This document shows, in pieces, positions 45,337 to 55,773 of a DNA stretch of 64,000 nucleotides. The stretch's first letter is position 1, and each line of letters starts with the position of its first letter. Location: assembly GCA_035498035.1 (NCBI GenBank), contig DATKAN010000025.1:145190-209189 (forward strand), in the 5' to 3' direction. A model generated the notes under the pieces. The model saw only the letters and a program-made list of their open reading frames with translations. It searched no databases and was not told where the DNA came from. Origin of the DNA: Nitrospiria bacterium (GTDB lineage: Bacteria > Nitrospirota > Nitrospiria > JACQBZ01). The position numbers were made by a program, and so were the translations under genes.

Positions 45337-48149
45337 AAAGCAAAAACGAGACATCGGAGGCCATGAAACGAACGGGTCCGGCGGTGGCGGGCGAGGCCTC
45401 CGCCGATTCCCCGTCCATTGACCTGAGGGATTTCTTCACGGCTTCGGAAGCGCGCGTGGACCGGTGGCGCAGCCTTCACCGTCTCGCAAAAGAATTGGCG
45501 GAATCAACCGGGTCCAAGACCGAGCCATTAAAAACGGAGGCCGCCGACCTCCTCGCGGCGATGGAGCCGATCGAGGACCTTTGCGGTTTCCCCGGCCCCC
45601 GGCTCATGGAGCATCTGCACGACCGGATCCGAACCGGTGACTGGACCGGATTCCTGCGCCTCGTGCAGCGTATCAGTTTCGCCTTGCTTGCCAACAGCTA
45701 CCGGGACGATCCCGAGGCTTGGAAACTCGAAGACGAGGGCGAAGTCCACGCCCCGGACATTCTCCCGCCGTCCATCGGACGCGGTCAGAGCCGCCGCCCG
45801 TATTTTGAGATCCTCATGGTCTCGCCCGGCGAACGCTCCACCTGGCCGGAGCTTCGTGAGATGTTCCGGAGAATCCGACGGGAGCACGACGAATTCATCT
45901 ACGAGCCGGTGATCGTCGGCAGTCTCGAGGATGCGCTTCTGGCCGTTATTTTCAACTACAACCTCCAGGCGGTCGTGATCAGCGACGGCTTCGGGTTCGC
46001 CTCCCAGTACTCGGTGCCCGTCCTGCGGGAAATTCTTCAGCAGCAGGTCCCGATCGATGAGGCCGCACGCACCGGCGATCTTGGCGCGACCCTGTCCCGC
46101 CTAATCCGCCGTGTGCGACCCGAAATGGACATCTACCTTGTCACCGACCGCAACGTGGGCAAGTTGGCGGGGTCCGACGAGGCCGCCTCGATCCGACGGG
46201 TCTTTTACGGCGTCGAGGAGCCGATGGAGATCCATTTGAGCATCCTCGAAGGGATCAAGGAACGCTACACCACGCCGTACTTCGACAACCTCAAACGCTA
46301 TGCGCAACGCCCGATCGGCACGTTTCACGCCCTGCCGATCGCACGCGGCAAGTCGATCTTCAAGTCGAACTGGATTCGCGACATGGGTGAATTCTACGGC
46401 GCAAACCTCTTTCTTGCGGAATCCTCCGCCACCACCGGCGGGCTCGACAGTCTCCTCGAGCCCACGGGCAACATCAAACTCGCCCAGGATGCCGCGGCGC
46501 GCGCCCTCGGCGGCGACCGCAGCTTTTTTGTCACCAACGGCACCTCCACCTCCAACAAGATCGTCCACCAGGCGTTGGTACGACCCGGAGACATCGTACT
46601 GATCGATCGCGACTGTCACAAGTCCCACCACTACGGGACGGTGCTGGCCGGCGCGCAGCCCCTCTACATCGACGCCTATCCGCTCACGCAGTATTCGATG
46701 TACGGCAGCCTCGCGATCAAACCGATTAAGCAGGCACTGCTGCGGCTCAAGGCCGAAGGCAAGCTCGACCGGGCCAGAATGCTTGTGCTCACCAATTGCA
46801 CCTTCGACGGGCATGTCGCCAACGTGAAGCGCACGATGCTCGAATGCCTCGCCATCAAACCGGACTTGATCTTTCTCTGGGACGAGGCCTGGTTCGGCTT
46901 CGCCCGCTTCTCGCCGTTTTTGCGTCGGAGAACCGCGATGGGCGCCGCGGCCGATCTGCGCGCCATGATTCGGGACCCGGAGTACCGCAAACGGTATGAG
47001 GAGTTCAAGAAACAAGCGGGCGAGCTCGACCCCAAGGACCCGCGTCTTCTCGATATGTCCCTGTTGCCCGACCCGGACAAGGTCCGGCTTCGGATGTACG
47101 AGACCGACTCGGTGCATAAATCCATGTCCTGTCTGCGTCAGGGATCGATCATCGTGGTCGCCGATCAGGACTTCCACAAGGTCGAAGCGGCTTTCAAGGA
47201 GGCCTTCTTCACACACACATCGACCTCGCCCAACCTCCAGATCATCGCCTCCATCGACGTGGCGCGGCGGCAGATGGAATTGGAAGGCTACGAGCTCGTG
47301 GGGCGCGCCACGCAGCTCGCGATCGAGATGCGGCGCGAGATCAACAGCCATCCGCTCATCTCCAAATACTTCCGCGCCGCGACACCGGCCGATATGATCC
47401 CGGCCGAATACCGCCGCTCGGGCATGGCGGACTACGGGGCGCCGGGTTGGACCATGACGGACACGATCAAGGCGCTCGACGACGATGAATTTTTCCTGGA
47501 CCCGAGTCGCATTACCTTGCTGTGCGGAAACGCCGGCTACGACGGGACACAGTTCAAGGCCCTGTTGTCGAGTGATTACGACATCCAGATCAACAAGACC
47601 TCGCGAAACAGCGTGCTGGTGCAGATCAACATCAACAATAACCGAAGCGATCTGGCGCACCTCATCAAGGCCCTGGCCGAGATGGCGCGCACGATCGACA
47701 AGCGGCTGCAGGAGGGGGGCGAATCGGAGCGCGCGGCCTTCCAGGCGCGTGTCAAGTCCCTGGTGGAGGACGTGCCCGACATGCCGGACTTCAGTGGTTT
47801 CCATGACGCCTTCCGCGAAGACCCGAAGAGCGCCACAAAGGAAGGGCATATCCGGGACGCCTACTACATGGCCTACGACGCCGCGAACTGCGAGTACATC
47901 AAGCTCAACAGCCAGGAGATCGACGATCGGCTGAAGAACGGACCGCCCTTGGTCTCGGCCAAATTCGTGATCCCATACCCGCCCGGCTTCCCGATCATGG
48001 TGCCGGGCCAGGTGATCACGCAGGAGACGATCACGTTCATGCGGAAGCTGGACGTGAAGGAGATTCACGGTTTCAACGCCGTCAAGGGTCTCGAACTGCT
48101 TAAAGCCGATGCGCTGGCCAGACATAAGGCCAAGGCCGCCGAACTATAG
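45333..48149 (+). CDS. Orn/Lys/Arg decarboxylase family protein (fold-type I PLP, inducible-decarboxylase-like), long form with a ~150-aa N-terminal extension
   Basis: FVTNGTSTSNKIVHQALVRPGDIVLIDRDCHKSHHYG aligns with the LdcI/AdiA block FVVNGTSTANKIV...ILIDRNCHKS. PLP-Lys motif SVHKSM. A wing-like region precedes the PLP domain. 938 aa. Confidence 0.75.
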   Translation: MKSKNETSEAMKRTGPAVAGEASADSPSIDLRDFFTASEARVDRWRSLHRLAKELAESTGSKTEPLKTEAADLLAAMEPIEDLCGFPGPRLMEHLHDRIRTGDWTGFLRLVQRISFALLANSYRDDPEAWKLEDEGEVHAPDILPPSIGRGQSRRPYFEILMVSPGERSTWPELREMFRRIRREHDEFIYEPVIVGSLEDALLAVIFNYNLQAVVISDGFGFASQYSVPVLREILQQQVPIDEAARTGDLGATLSRLIRRVRPEMDIYLVTDRNVGKLAGSDEAASIRRVFYGVEEPMEIHLSILEGIKERYTTPYFDNLKRYAQRPIGTFHALPIARGKSIFKSNWIRDMGEFYGANLFLAESSATTGGLDSLLEPTGNIKLAQDAAARALGGDRSFFVTNGTSTSNKIVHQALVRPGDIVLIDRDCHKSHHYGTVLAGAQPLYIDAYPLTQYSMYGSLAIKPIKQALLRLKAEGKLDRARMLVLTNCTFDGHVANVKRTMLECLAIKPDLIFLWDEAWFGFARFSPFLRRRTAMGAAADLRAMIRDPEYRKRYEEFKKQAGELDPKDPRLLDMSLLPDPDKVRLRMYETDSVHKSMSCLRQGSIIVVADQDFHKVEAAFKEAFFTHTSTSPNLQIIASIDVARRQMELEGYELVGRATQLAIEMRREINSHPLISKYFRAATPADMIPAEYRRSGMADYGAPGWTMTDTIKALDDDEFFLDPSRITLLCGNAGYDGTQFKALLSSDYDIQINKTSRNSVLVQININNNRSDLAHLIKALAEMARTIDKRLQEGGESERAAFQARVKSLVEDVPDMPDFSGFHDAFREDPKSATKEGHIRDAYYMAYDAANCEYIKLNSQEIDDRLKNGPPLVSAKFVIPYPPGFPIMVPGQVITQETITFMRKLDVKEIHGFNAVKGLELLKADALARHKAKAAEL

Positions 48150-48218
48150 AGCGGCCAGAGCTGCAAAAATCACTAAGGCCGGCCTGGTATGCCGATGGCG
48201 GGTCGAGAAAGGAGCTTT

Positions 48219-49901
48219 ATGGAATGGCTGATCGAGACATTTAAACATTATCCGGAGCTGGCGATTTTTCTCACGCTGGCCCTGGGGTATTGGGTGGGCG
48301 GGCTCAAGTTCGGCACCTTTTCCCTGGGCGCGGTCACCGGGACGCTTCTGGTGGGCGTCGTCGTGGGGCAGATGCAGATCACGATCTCCCCACAAGTAAA
48401 ATCGGTTTTCTTTCTCATGTTTCTTTTCGCCGTTGGCTACGGCGTCGGCCCGCAGTTCGTCCGCGGCCTGAAGAGCGACGGCCTCCCTCAGGTGATCTTC
48501 GCCGTCCTCCAGTGCGTGGCCTCGCTGCTGACGGTCTTAATTGTCGCGAAGCTGTTCGGCTACAACGTCGGCCTGGCGGCCGGTCTCCTCTCCGGATCCC
48601 AGACCATTTCGGCGGTGCTCGGCGTGGCCACGGACGCGATCAACCGTCTTGGGATCTCAACGGAGGACAAGGAGAAGCTCATCAATGCCATGCCGGTTGC
48701 CTACGCCGTGACCTACATCTTCGGCACGGCCGGGTCGGCATGGGTCCTGGCCTCTATCGGGCCGAAGATCCTTGGAGTGGATCTTCCGGCCGAATGTAAA
48801 AAGCTGGAAGAGAAGATGGGTGCGGGCGGGGAAACCGAGCCCGGAGTCATATCTGCGGCCCGGCGCTTCGATGTGCGCGCCTACCGTGTGACCAACCCGA
48901 ATCTGGTGAACAGGACCGTTGCGGAGCTTGAGGCCCTTCCCAAGGAGGCCCGCGTTTTTATCGTCCGGGTCCGCCACGCAGGCGCGATCATCGAGGCCGA
49001 GCCCGCCACCGTGATTCATCAGGACGACGTGGTCGCCGTAACAACCCGACAGGAGATTCACGTCGAGCGTGGAACCGCCATCGGCCCGGAGGTGGACGAC
49101 AAAGCCCTGCTCGATTTTCCGGTGACATTGCTCGATGTGGTGATGACGAACAAATCGCTCGCCGGAAAGACCTTGGCGGAGTTGGCGGCCTCCGAGAACG
49201 CCCGCGGGGTGTTTTTGCGGAAGCTGATGCGAAGCGGCCTGGAGATGCCGTTAACCCCTGGAACCCAGGTCGATCGCGGCGACGTGCTGACTCTTGTCGG
49301 CGCCAAGCGTGATGTCGACCGTGTGGCCAAGGAGATTGGCTACGCCGACCGGCCGACCAACATGACGGACATGGTCTTCGTGGGAGCCGGGATCGTTCTG
49401 GGGGGCTTGGTGGGCGCCATGGCGATCAACATCGGTGGCGTCCCATTGAGTCTCACTACAAGCGGCGGCTCGCTCATCGCGGGCCTGATCTTCGGATGGC
49501 TCCGGTCCGTGTACCGGACCTTCGGCCGCGTTCCAGAACCCGCCCTCTGGATGATGAATTCGGTGGGGCTCAATACCTTCATTGCCGTGGTCGGGATCAG
49601 TTCCGGACCGGCCTTCGTGCTTGGACTCAAAAATGCCGGAGTGAGTCTATTCCTGGCGGGGATCATTACGACCACGGTCCCGCTGGTGATCGGGGTCCTG
49701 CTCGGCAAGTACGTGTTCAAGTTTCACCCGGCGATTACGCTGGGCGCCGCCGCAGGCGCACGAACTACGACCGCGGCTCTCGGCCTTATTCAAGACGCGG
49801 CGAAGAGCAAGACGCCGGCTCTCGGCTACACCGTGACCTACGCCGTGGGCAACATACTGCTCATCACCTGGGGGCTCGTGATTGTGTTGTTAATGACGTA
49901 A
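48219..49901 (+). CDS. Aspartate:alanine exchanger (AAE) family transporter (AspT/YidE/YbjL-like), copy 1
   Basis: Duplicated TM domains around two central TrkA_C/RCK_C-like cytoplasmic domains. N-terminal ELAIFLTLALGYWVGGLKFG is characteristic of the family. Start at the Met after AAAGGAG. Confidence 0.8.
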   Translation: MEWLIETFKHYPELAIFLTLALGYWVGGLKFGTFSLGAVTGTLLVGVVVGQMQITISPQVKSVFFLMFLFAVGYGVGPQFVRGLKSDGLPQVIFAVLQCVASLLTVLIVAKLFGYNVGLAAGLLSGSQTISAVLGVATDAINRLGISTEDKEKLINAMPVAYAVTYIFGTAGSAWVLASIGPKILGVDLPAECKKLEEKMGAGGETEPGVISAARRFDVRAYRVTNPNLVNRTVAELEALPKEARVFIVRVRHAGAIIEAEPATVIHQDDVVAVTTRQEIHVERGTAIGPEVDDKALLDFPVTLLDVVMTNKSLAGKTLAELAASENARGVFLRKLMRSGLEMPLTPGTQVDRGDVLTLVGAKRDVDRVAKEIGYADRPTNMTDMVFVGAGIVLGGLVGAMAINIGGVPLSLTTSGGSLIAGLIFGWLRSVYRTFGRVPEPALWMMNSVGLNTFIAVVGISSGPAFVLGLKNAGVSLFLAGIITTTVPLVIGVLLGKYVFKFHPAITLGAAAGARTTTAALGLIQDAAKSKTPALGYTVTYAVGNILLITWGLVIVLLMT

Positions 49902-49925
49902 TAACAAAGAGAGGAGAATCCTACG

Positions 49926-51575
49926 ATGGCCATCAAATCATCAAAGTCGACCACCTCACGCGCCGAACAACGTGAGCTGCTAAAGCTGAGTCCCTTTGAG
50001 CTCAAGGACAAGCTCATTACCTTGGCCGCCGAGAGCGAACGGGAGAGCGATTTACAGATGCTGAACGCCGGGCGCGGCAACCCGAACTGGATCTGCACCA
50101 CGCCGCGGGAGGCTTTCGGAACTCTGCTCCAGTTCGGCATCGAGGAATCGCGGCGCGGTATTAACATACCGGATGCCGGTCGCATGCCCCAAAAGAACGG
50201 CATCGCGGGACGCTTCACATCTTTTCTCGAATCCCATAAGGAGGCTCCCGGGGCCGAGCTCCTCCGCGCCTCCTTCGATTACGGGACCAAAACGCTGAAC
50301 TTCGACCCGGATTCATTCGCGCACGAACTCGCCGAGAGTATCATCGGCTGCATGTATCCCGTGCCGGACCGTATGCTGCGATGCACCGAGCGGATCGTGC
50401 ACGAATACCTGGTCCGGGAGCTGTGCGCCGGCAAGCCGCCCGCCGGCCGCTACGACCTGTTCGCCGTCGAGGGCGGGACGGCCGCGATGTGTTACATCTT
50501 CGATTCGCTGATGCTCAACCGCCTGCTGCACCGCGGCGACACCGTCGCGCTCGGGATCCCGACCTTCACGCCCTACATCGAGATCCCTCACTTCGACCGC
50601 TATGCCTTCAAGGTGGTGAACATCGACGCCGGCTCCGAACAACGTCCCGACGGCAGCCATTCCTGGCAATATACCGACAAGGAAATCGACAAGCTCGCGG
50701 ACAAGCGGATCAAGGCGTTCTTCCTGGTCAATCCGAGCAACCCGCCCTCCTACGCCATGCGCCAAAGCACCGTGAAGCGGCTCGTCAAAATCGTGAAGAG
50801 CAAACGGCCCGACCTGATCATCATCACCGACGACGTCTACGGCACCTTCGTGCCCGGCTTCCGGTCGTTGATGGCCGAATTGCCGCAGAACACCATCGGC
50901 GTCTATTCCTATTCAAAGCATTTCGGATGCACCGGCTGGCGGCTCGGGGTCGTGGCAATTCACCAGAACAATATCTTCGACAAGATGCTGGGGAAACTGT
51001 CCTCCAAGGATCGCGCCGCGCTCAACCGCCGTTACGGCAGCATCTCGCTCGCGCCGGAGAAGCTGAAGTTCATCGACCGGATGGTCGCCGACAGCCGGCA
51101 GGTCGCGCTCAACCACACCGCCGGCCTGTCGATGCCCCAGCAGATCCAGATGGCCCTGTTCTCCCTGTTCGCGATCCTCGACACGGCCAACAGCTACAAG
51201 ACGCTTTGCCAGCTCGTCGTGCGCCGGCGTTTCAAGGCGCTGTGGGACGGGCTGAACCTCCCGTCGCCCCCTGAGGAAGACCGGGCCTCCTATTACGCCG
51301 AACTCGACCTCATGGTCTGGGCCGAAAAGGAATACGGTCCCGAGTTCGTGAAATTTCTCCGGAAGAACTACGAATGCACGGACGTCCTGTTCCGTCTCGC
51401 GGAGCAGTCGGGCGTCGTGCTTCTGCACGGCGGCGGATTTGGCGGGCCGGAATGGTCGGTCCGCGTATCGCTCGCCAATCTGCCGGAGGAAACCTATCCG
51501 AAAATCGGCCGGTACCTCAGGCAGGCGGCCGAGGGCTACGTTAAGGAATGGAAGGCGTCGCAAAAAAACAAGTAG
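49926..51575 (+). CDS. asdA: Aspartate 4-decarboxylase (bifunctional aspartate aminotransferase / L-aspartate beta-decarboxylase)
   Basis: ~549 aa class-I aminotransferase fold with PLP-Lys in YSYSKHFGCTGWRLGV. Its length and N-terminal extension match AsdA rather than ordinary AspC. Adjacent to an AspT-family exchanger, as in known aspD-aspT systems. Confidence 0.75.
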   Translation: MAIKSSKSTTSRAEQRELLKLSPFELKDKLITLAAESERESDLQMLNAGRGNPNWICTTPREAFGTLLQFGIEESRRGINIPDAGRMPQKNGIAGRFTSFLESHKEAPGAELLRASFDYGTKTLNFDPDSFAHELAESIIGCMYPVPDRMLRCTERIVHEYLVRELCAGKPPAGRYDLFAVEGGTAAMCYIFDSLMLNRLLHRGDTVALGIPTFTPYIEIPHFDRYAFKVVNIDAGSEQRPDGSHSWQYTDKEIDKLADKRIKAFFLVNPSNPPSYAMRQSTVKRLVKIVKSKRPDLIIITDDVYGTFVPGFRSLMAELPQNTIGVYSYSKHFGCTGWRLGVVAIHQNNIFDKMLGKLSSKDRAALNRRYGSISLAPEKLKFIDRMVADSRQVALNHTAGLSMPQQIQMALFSLFAILDTANSYKTLCQLVVRRRFKALWDGLNLPSPPEEDRASYYAELDLMVWAEKEYGPEFVKFLRKNYECTDVLFRLAEQSGVVLLHGGGFGGPEWSVRVSLANLPEETYPKIGRYLRQAAEGYVKEWKASQKNK

Positions 51576-51647
51576 TGCGGGGAACCCACAGAGAAAATAT
51601 CCATCGACCGGCCGAAATGATCCGGCCAAACAAAAGGAGGAAAAACC

Positions 51648-52715
51648 GTGAGACAGCATCCAATAAAAATGATCCTGCCGATCCTGGTGTTCCTGCTGGC
51701 GCTCGCGCCCGCGGCCTACGCCAAGCCCAAGATCGTGCTGTTGGCGACTGGGGGCACCATTGCCGGCGTGCAACCGGGCCCGAACGATCCCGGCTATAAG
51801 GCCGGCGAGGTTTCGGTGGACCAGCTCATCAAGGCCGTGCCGCAGTTAAAAGATATGGCCGACATCAGCGGCGAGCAGATCGCCAGCATCGGCAGTCAGA
51901 CCATGACCAATGACGTCTGGCTGAAACTCGCGGACCGGGCCAATGCGGTGCTGAAGCAATCCGATGTGACCGGGGTGGTGATCACCCATGGGACCGATAC
52001 GTTGGAGGAGACCGCTTACTTCCTCAGTCTCGTGGTGAAGAGCGACAAGCCGGTGGTGCTGGTCGGATCGATGCGACCCTCCACGGCCATCGGAGCGGAC
52101 GGTCCGGCCAACCTGTTCGAGGCGGTGGCGCTGGCGATAAACCCCGAGGCCAGGGGGCGCGGGCCGTTGATCGTCCTCAATGACGAGATCCACTACGCGC
52201 GCGAGGCCGAGAAAACCAACAGCACCGAACTCAACACTTTTAAATCCCCAAACCGCGGCCGCGCGGGTGTGATGAACACGGGAATCGCGCACTTCTTTTT
52301 CCCGAACAGCGTGCGCCACACCACGAAAAGCCAGTTCTCGGTGGATGGCGTGAAGCCTGAGGATCTGCCCCGGGTCGAGATCGTCTACTCCTATGCCAAC
52401 TTCGGACGCGACACGATCGATTTCCTGGTCCAGAAAGGCGTCAAGGGGATCGTGCTGGCCGGCGTGGGTGACGGCAATACGACCGATACGGCGATGGCGG
52501 GTCTTGTCGACGCGGCGAAGAAGGGTGTGGCCGTGGTCCGTGCGACGCGCACCGGCAGCGGGATCGTCGCACGAAATATCGAGGTGAACGACGACAAGCT
52601 GGGTCTGATCGCATCGATGGAATTAAACCCGCAGAAGGCAAGGATCTTATTGATGTTGGGGTTGATGCAGACCAAGGACCCGAAGAAACTCCAGGAACTG
52701 TTCTACGCCTATTGA
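51648..52715 (+). CDS. ansB: L-asparaginase type II (periplasmic)
   Basis: Signal peptide, TGGTIAG threonine active-site motif, and a second conserved HGTDT block. Confidence 0.85.
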   Translation: MRQHPIKMILPILVFLLALAPAAYAKPKIVLLATGGTIAGVQPGPNDPGYKAGEVSVDQLIKAVPQLKDMADISGEQIASIGSQTMTNDVWLKLADRANAVLKQSDVTGVVITHGTDTLEETAYFLSLVVKSDKPVVLVGSMRPSTAIGADGPANLFEAVALAINPEARGRGPLIVLNDEIHYAREAEKTNSTELNTFKSPNRGRAGVMNTGIAHFFFPNSVRHTTKSQFSVDGVKPEDLPRVEIVYSYANFGRDTIDFLVQKGVKGIVLAGVGDGNTTDTAMAGLVDAAKKGVAVVRATRTGSGIVARNIEVNDDKLGLIASMELNPQKARILLMLGLMQTKDPKKLQELFYAY

Positions 52716-52929
52716 TAGGGGCTTGCGTCGCCCCCTCCATCCGCCTCAAGCGGACTGGAGCCTCCCCCTCTCGCTCGCCTTGCTCGCTGGGTGGATCATC
52801 ACGGGCGGCGCAGGCAAGAGGACACCGCTTTCGGGCGGGAGTAAATGAAGTTTTGCGCGAAGCGCGGCGCAATGAGTATCACGGGCTTGCCCGTGGGTAT
52901 CTATCAATCGATAAGGGAACGCGAACGTC

Positions 52930-54621
52930 ATGATCGAGTGGTTCGTCTCGGCCTTGCGCAGCAACCCGGAGCTGGCGCTCTTTCTGTCGATCGGCCTGGG
53001 GTTCTGGATCGGGTCGTGGAAGCTCGGCCAATTCAGCCTGGGCGGCGTCACCGGTTCACTGCTCGCCGCGCTGTTGGTCGGCCAATTGAATGTCGAGGTT
53101 CCGGGTCTCGTCAAGACCGTGCTGTTCATGCTGTTCCTGTTCGGGACCGGTTATTCGGTCGGGCCGCAGTTTTTTCGTTCTTTGAAGGGGGACGGCCTGC
53201 GTTCGCTGGCCTTCACGATCGTGCACTGCGGGGCGGGGCTCGCCGTGGCCTATTTCATGGCGCGACTCCTTGGGCTGGACCTCGGCCTTTCGGCCGGCCT
53301 GCTCTCGGGCGGTCTGACCCAATCGGCCGCTATCGGAACCGCGACCGAGGCGATTATGGCGCTCCCGCTTCCGGATGCCGAGCGGCAGATGCTCGTCAGT
53401 CACATCGCCGTGGCGGATGCGCTGTCCTATTTGTTCGGCGTGGTGGCGCCCATCGTGTTCCTGGGTTCCATCGCGCCGCGAATGATGGGCATCGATCTCA
53501 AGGCCGAGGCGGCAGCGTTCGAGTCGAAGCTCGGGATCAAACGTGTCGCCCCCAATGTCACCTCGGCCTACCAGCGCTTTGCCTTCCGCGCACACCGCGT
53601 CGAAAGCGCCGAGGTCATCGGGAAGCGCGCGACCGAGGTGGAGGTGATCCGGCCGGACGGACGGATGTTCGTCGAGCGGCTGCGTCGAGGGGACCGGATC
53701 ATTCCTGTCGGTCCGGACACACGCGTCGAGCGGGGCGACATCCTCGTCCTCTACGGACGCCGGGAGGTGGTCCTGGAGGTCGGGCCGCGCCTCGGCCCCG
53801 AGGTCGACGACCCGGAGCTGCTCGATTTCCCGATTGAGGTCGCCAGGGTCGTCGTGACAAACCCCGAAATCACGGGACGGAGCTTCAGCGAGCTGGCCAG
53901 CTGGCCGCCGGCCCGCGGGGTAGGCGTCCGATCGGTCACACGCGGCGGCCAGGAAATCCCGATCTCCCCTGAAACCGTCATGGATCTCGGAGACGTGATA
54001 GAGCTGGTCGGACCGCAGCCCACGGTGGAACGCGCCGCGCGGGAGATCGGACAGGTTGAAATCCCCACGGCCAGCACCAACCTCATGCTCCTCGGCATCG
54101 GGATTGTAATCGGCGCGTTCGTCGGGCTGCCCTATCTCATGCTGGGGTCCTTAAAACTGTCGCTGACGACCAGTGTCGGGGTGTTGCTGGCCGGTCTGTT
54201 CTTCGGCTGGTTCTACTCGGTGAAGCCGGCGCTCGGGAAGATTCCAGACGCCTCGGTCAACCTCATGACCCAGCTCGGGCTGGCCGGATTCGTCGCCGTG
54301 GTCGGCCTGCATGCGGGGCCGATCTTCATCGATGCGGTGCGCGACGCCGGCCCGCGGCTTCTGCTCGGCGGCGCGGTGGTCACGTCGGTTCCACTGCTCG
54401 TGGCCTTCGCGTTCGGGCGCTATTTTCTGCGGATGCATCCGGTGCTTTTGATCGGCGCCATGGCCGGCGGCCAGACCCTGACCCCGGCGCTCGTCGCGAT
54501 CCAGGAGAAGGCCGAAAGCCAGACGCCGGTCCTGGGTTATACCGTGCCGTATGCGCTGGCCAACATACTGCTCACCATGTGGGGCACCTTCATGGTGCTG
54601 TTGCGATCACAGTTTGGATAA
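52930..54621 (+). CDS. AAE family transporter (AspT/YidE/YbjL-like), copy 2
   Basis: Paralog of the gene at 48219, with the same architecture and N-terminal pattern (ELALFLSIGLGFWIGSWKLG). Confidence 0.8.
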   Translation: MIEWFVSALRSNPELALFLSIGLGFWIGSWKLGQFSLGGVTGSLLAALLVGQLNVEVPGLVKTVLFMLFLFGTGYSVGPQFFRSLKGDGLRSLAFTIVHCGAGLAVAYFMARLLGLDLGLSAGLLSGGLTQSAAIGTATEAIMALPLPDAERQMLVSHIAVADALSYLFGVVAPIVFLGSIAPRMMGIDLKAEAAAFESKLGIKRVAPNVTSAYQRFAFRAHRVESAEVIGKRATEVEVIRPDGRMFVERLRRGDRIIPVGPDTRVERGDILVLYGRREVVLEVGPRLGPEVDDPELLDFPIEVARVVVTNPEITGRSFSELASWPPARGVGVRSVTRGGQEIPISPETVMDLGDVIELVGPQPTVERAAREIGQVEIPTASTNLMLLGIGIVIGAFVGLPYLMLGSLKLSLTTSVGVLLAGLFFGWFYSVKPALGKIPDASVNLMTQLGLAGFVAVVGLHAGPIFIDAVRDAGPRLLLGGAVVTSVPLLVAFAFGRYFLRMHPVLLIGAMAGGQTLTPALVAIQEKAESQTPVLGYTVPYALANILLTMWGTFMVLLRSQFG

Positions 54622-54688
54622 AGTCTTAAAGCAGGGTGTAGGTGTGATGTCGAGTTATGGCGAATCACTAACCAGAAAGGAGAAATAT

Positions 54689-55726
54689 ATGGAAAGACCA
54701 AAGTGGCTACACCGCACCGCTGTACTGGTAACGTTCACGGTGGCGGTACTTCTGGTATCGCCGTTCCGGGCGACCGCCGGGGAGGTCTCCACGGATCCCG
54801 CGACCCTCAAACGCCTCGTGCAGGAGGCCTACAACAAGTTCAAGGATGTCAAGGAAGGCAAGCCCGCGGATTACATCCCGGAGCTGGCCAAGGTGCCGGC
54901 CGATCTTTTCGGCGTCGCGATCGTGACGGCGAAGGGCGAAACCTACACCGCCGGCGATGTGGATTATGCCTTCACCATCCAATCGGTCTCCAAGCCGTTC
55001 ACCGCGGCCCTGGTGATGCAGGAGCAGGGCAGCGAAGCGATCCTGGACAAGATCGGCGTCGAGCCGACCGGCCAGAAGTTCAACTCCATCCTCGCGACAC
55101 AGATTATTCCGCAGGTGTCGGTCAACCCGCTGGTCAATTCCGGCGCGATCGCGGCGGTCAGCATGGTCAAGGCGAAGTCGGCCGAGGATCGTTTCAACAA
55201 GATCCTCGATTTTGAAAATCGCCTCTCGGGGGCCAAGCTTAAGGTGATCGAGGATGTCTACAAGTCCGAGGCGGCTACCAACCAGCGAAACCGGGCCCAC
55301 GGCTACATCCTGTTCGCTTCGGATCGCATCTATTCCGATCCGATGGAGGCGGTGGACGTCTACACCCGGCAATGCTCCATCGGCGTGACCGCAAAGCAAC
55401 TCGCGGTGATGGGCGCCACGCTGGCGGACGACGGCATGAACCCGATCACCAAGGAGCGGGTCCTGGATGCGAGGTACGTTCCGAAGGTGCTCGCCATCAT
55501 GATGATGGCCGGTTTTTATAATGAGTCGGGGAAATGGGCCTACACGGCGGGACTGCCGGCCAAGACCGGTGTCGGGGGCGGTATTGTCGCGGTCGTGCCG
55601 GGCAAAATGGCGATCGTCGGCTTCTCGCCGCGCGTGAACGATGCCGGGAACAGCGTGCGCTCCGCCAAGGCGATCGAATACATCGCCGAGCAGCTGGGCG
55701 CAAACGTGTTCGGCAGCGGACGATAA
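54689..55726 (+). CDS. glsA: Glutaminase (GlsA family), with a signal peptide
   Basis: QSVSKPF serine-nucleophile motif in a serine-beta-lactamase-like fold. N-terminal hydrophobic signal. Start at the Met after AAAGGAG. Confidence 0.8.
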   Translation: MERPKWLHRTAVLVTFTVAVLLVSPFRATAGEVSTDPATLKRLVQEAYNKFKDVKEGKPADYIPELAKVPADLFGVAIVTAKGETYTAGDVDYAFTIQSVSKPFTAALVMQEQGSEAILDKIGVEPTGQKFNSILATQIIPQVSVNPLVNSGAIAAVSMVKAKSAEDRFNKILDFENRLSGAKLKVIEDVYKSEAATNQRNRAHGYILFASDRIYSDPMEAVDVYTRQCSIGVTAKQLAVMGATLADDGMNPITKERVLDARYVPKVLAIMMMAGFYNESGKWAYTAGLPAKTGVGGGIVAVVPGKMAIVGFSPRVNDAGNSVRSAKAIEYIAEQLGANVFGSGR

Positions 55727-55773
55727 ACGTCCGATCGAAATCAATGGGGGACAAATAAATAAAGGAGCCAAAC

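Noticed and set aside
46101-48125. 674-aa minus-strand ORF antisense to the decarboxylase gene
   Set aside because: The plus-strand frame carries unmistakable Orn/Lys/Arg decarboxylase motifs. The minus frame is an Arg/Gly/Val-rich GC artefact.
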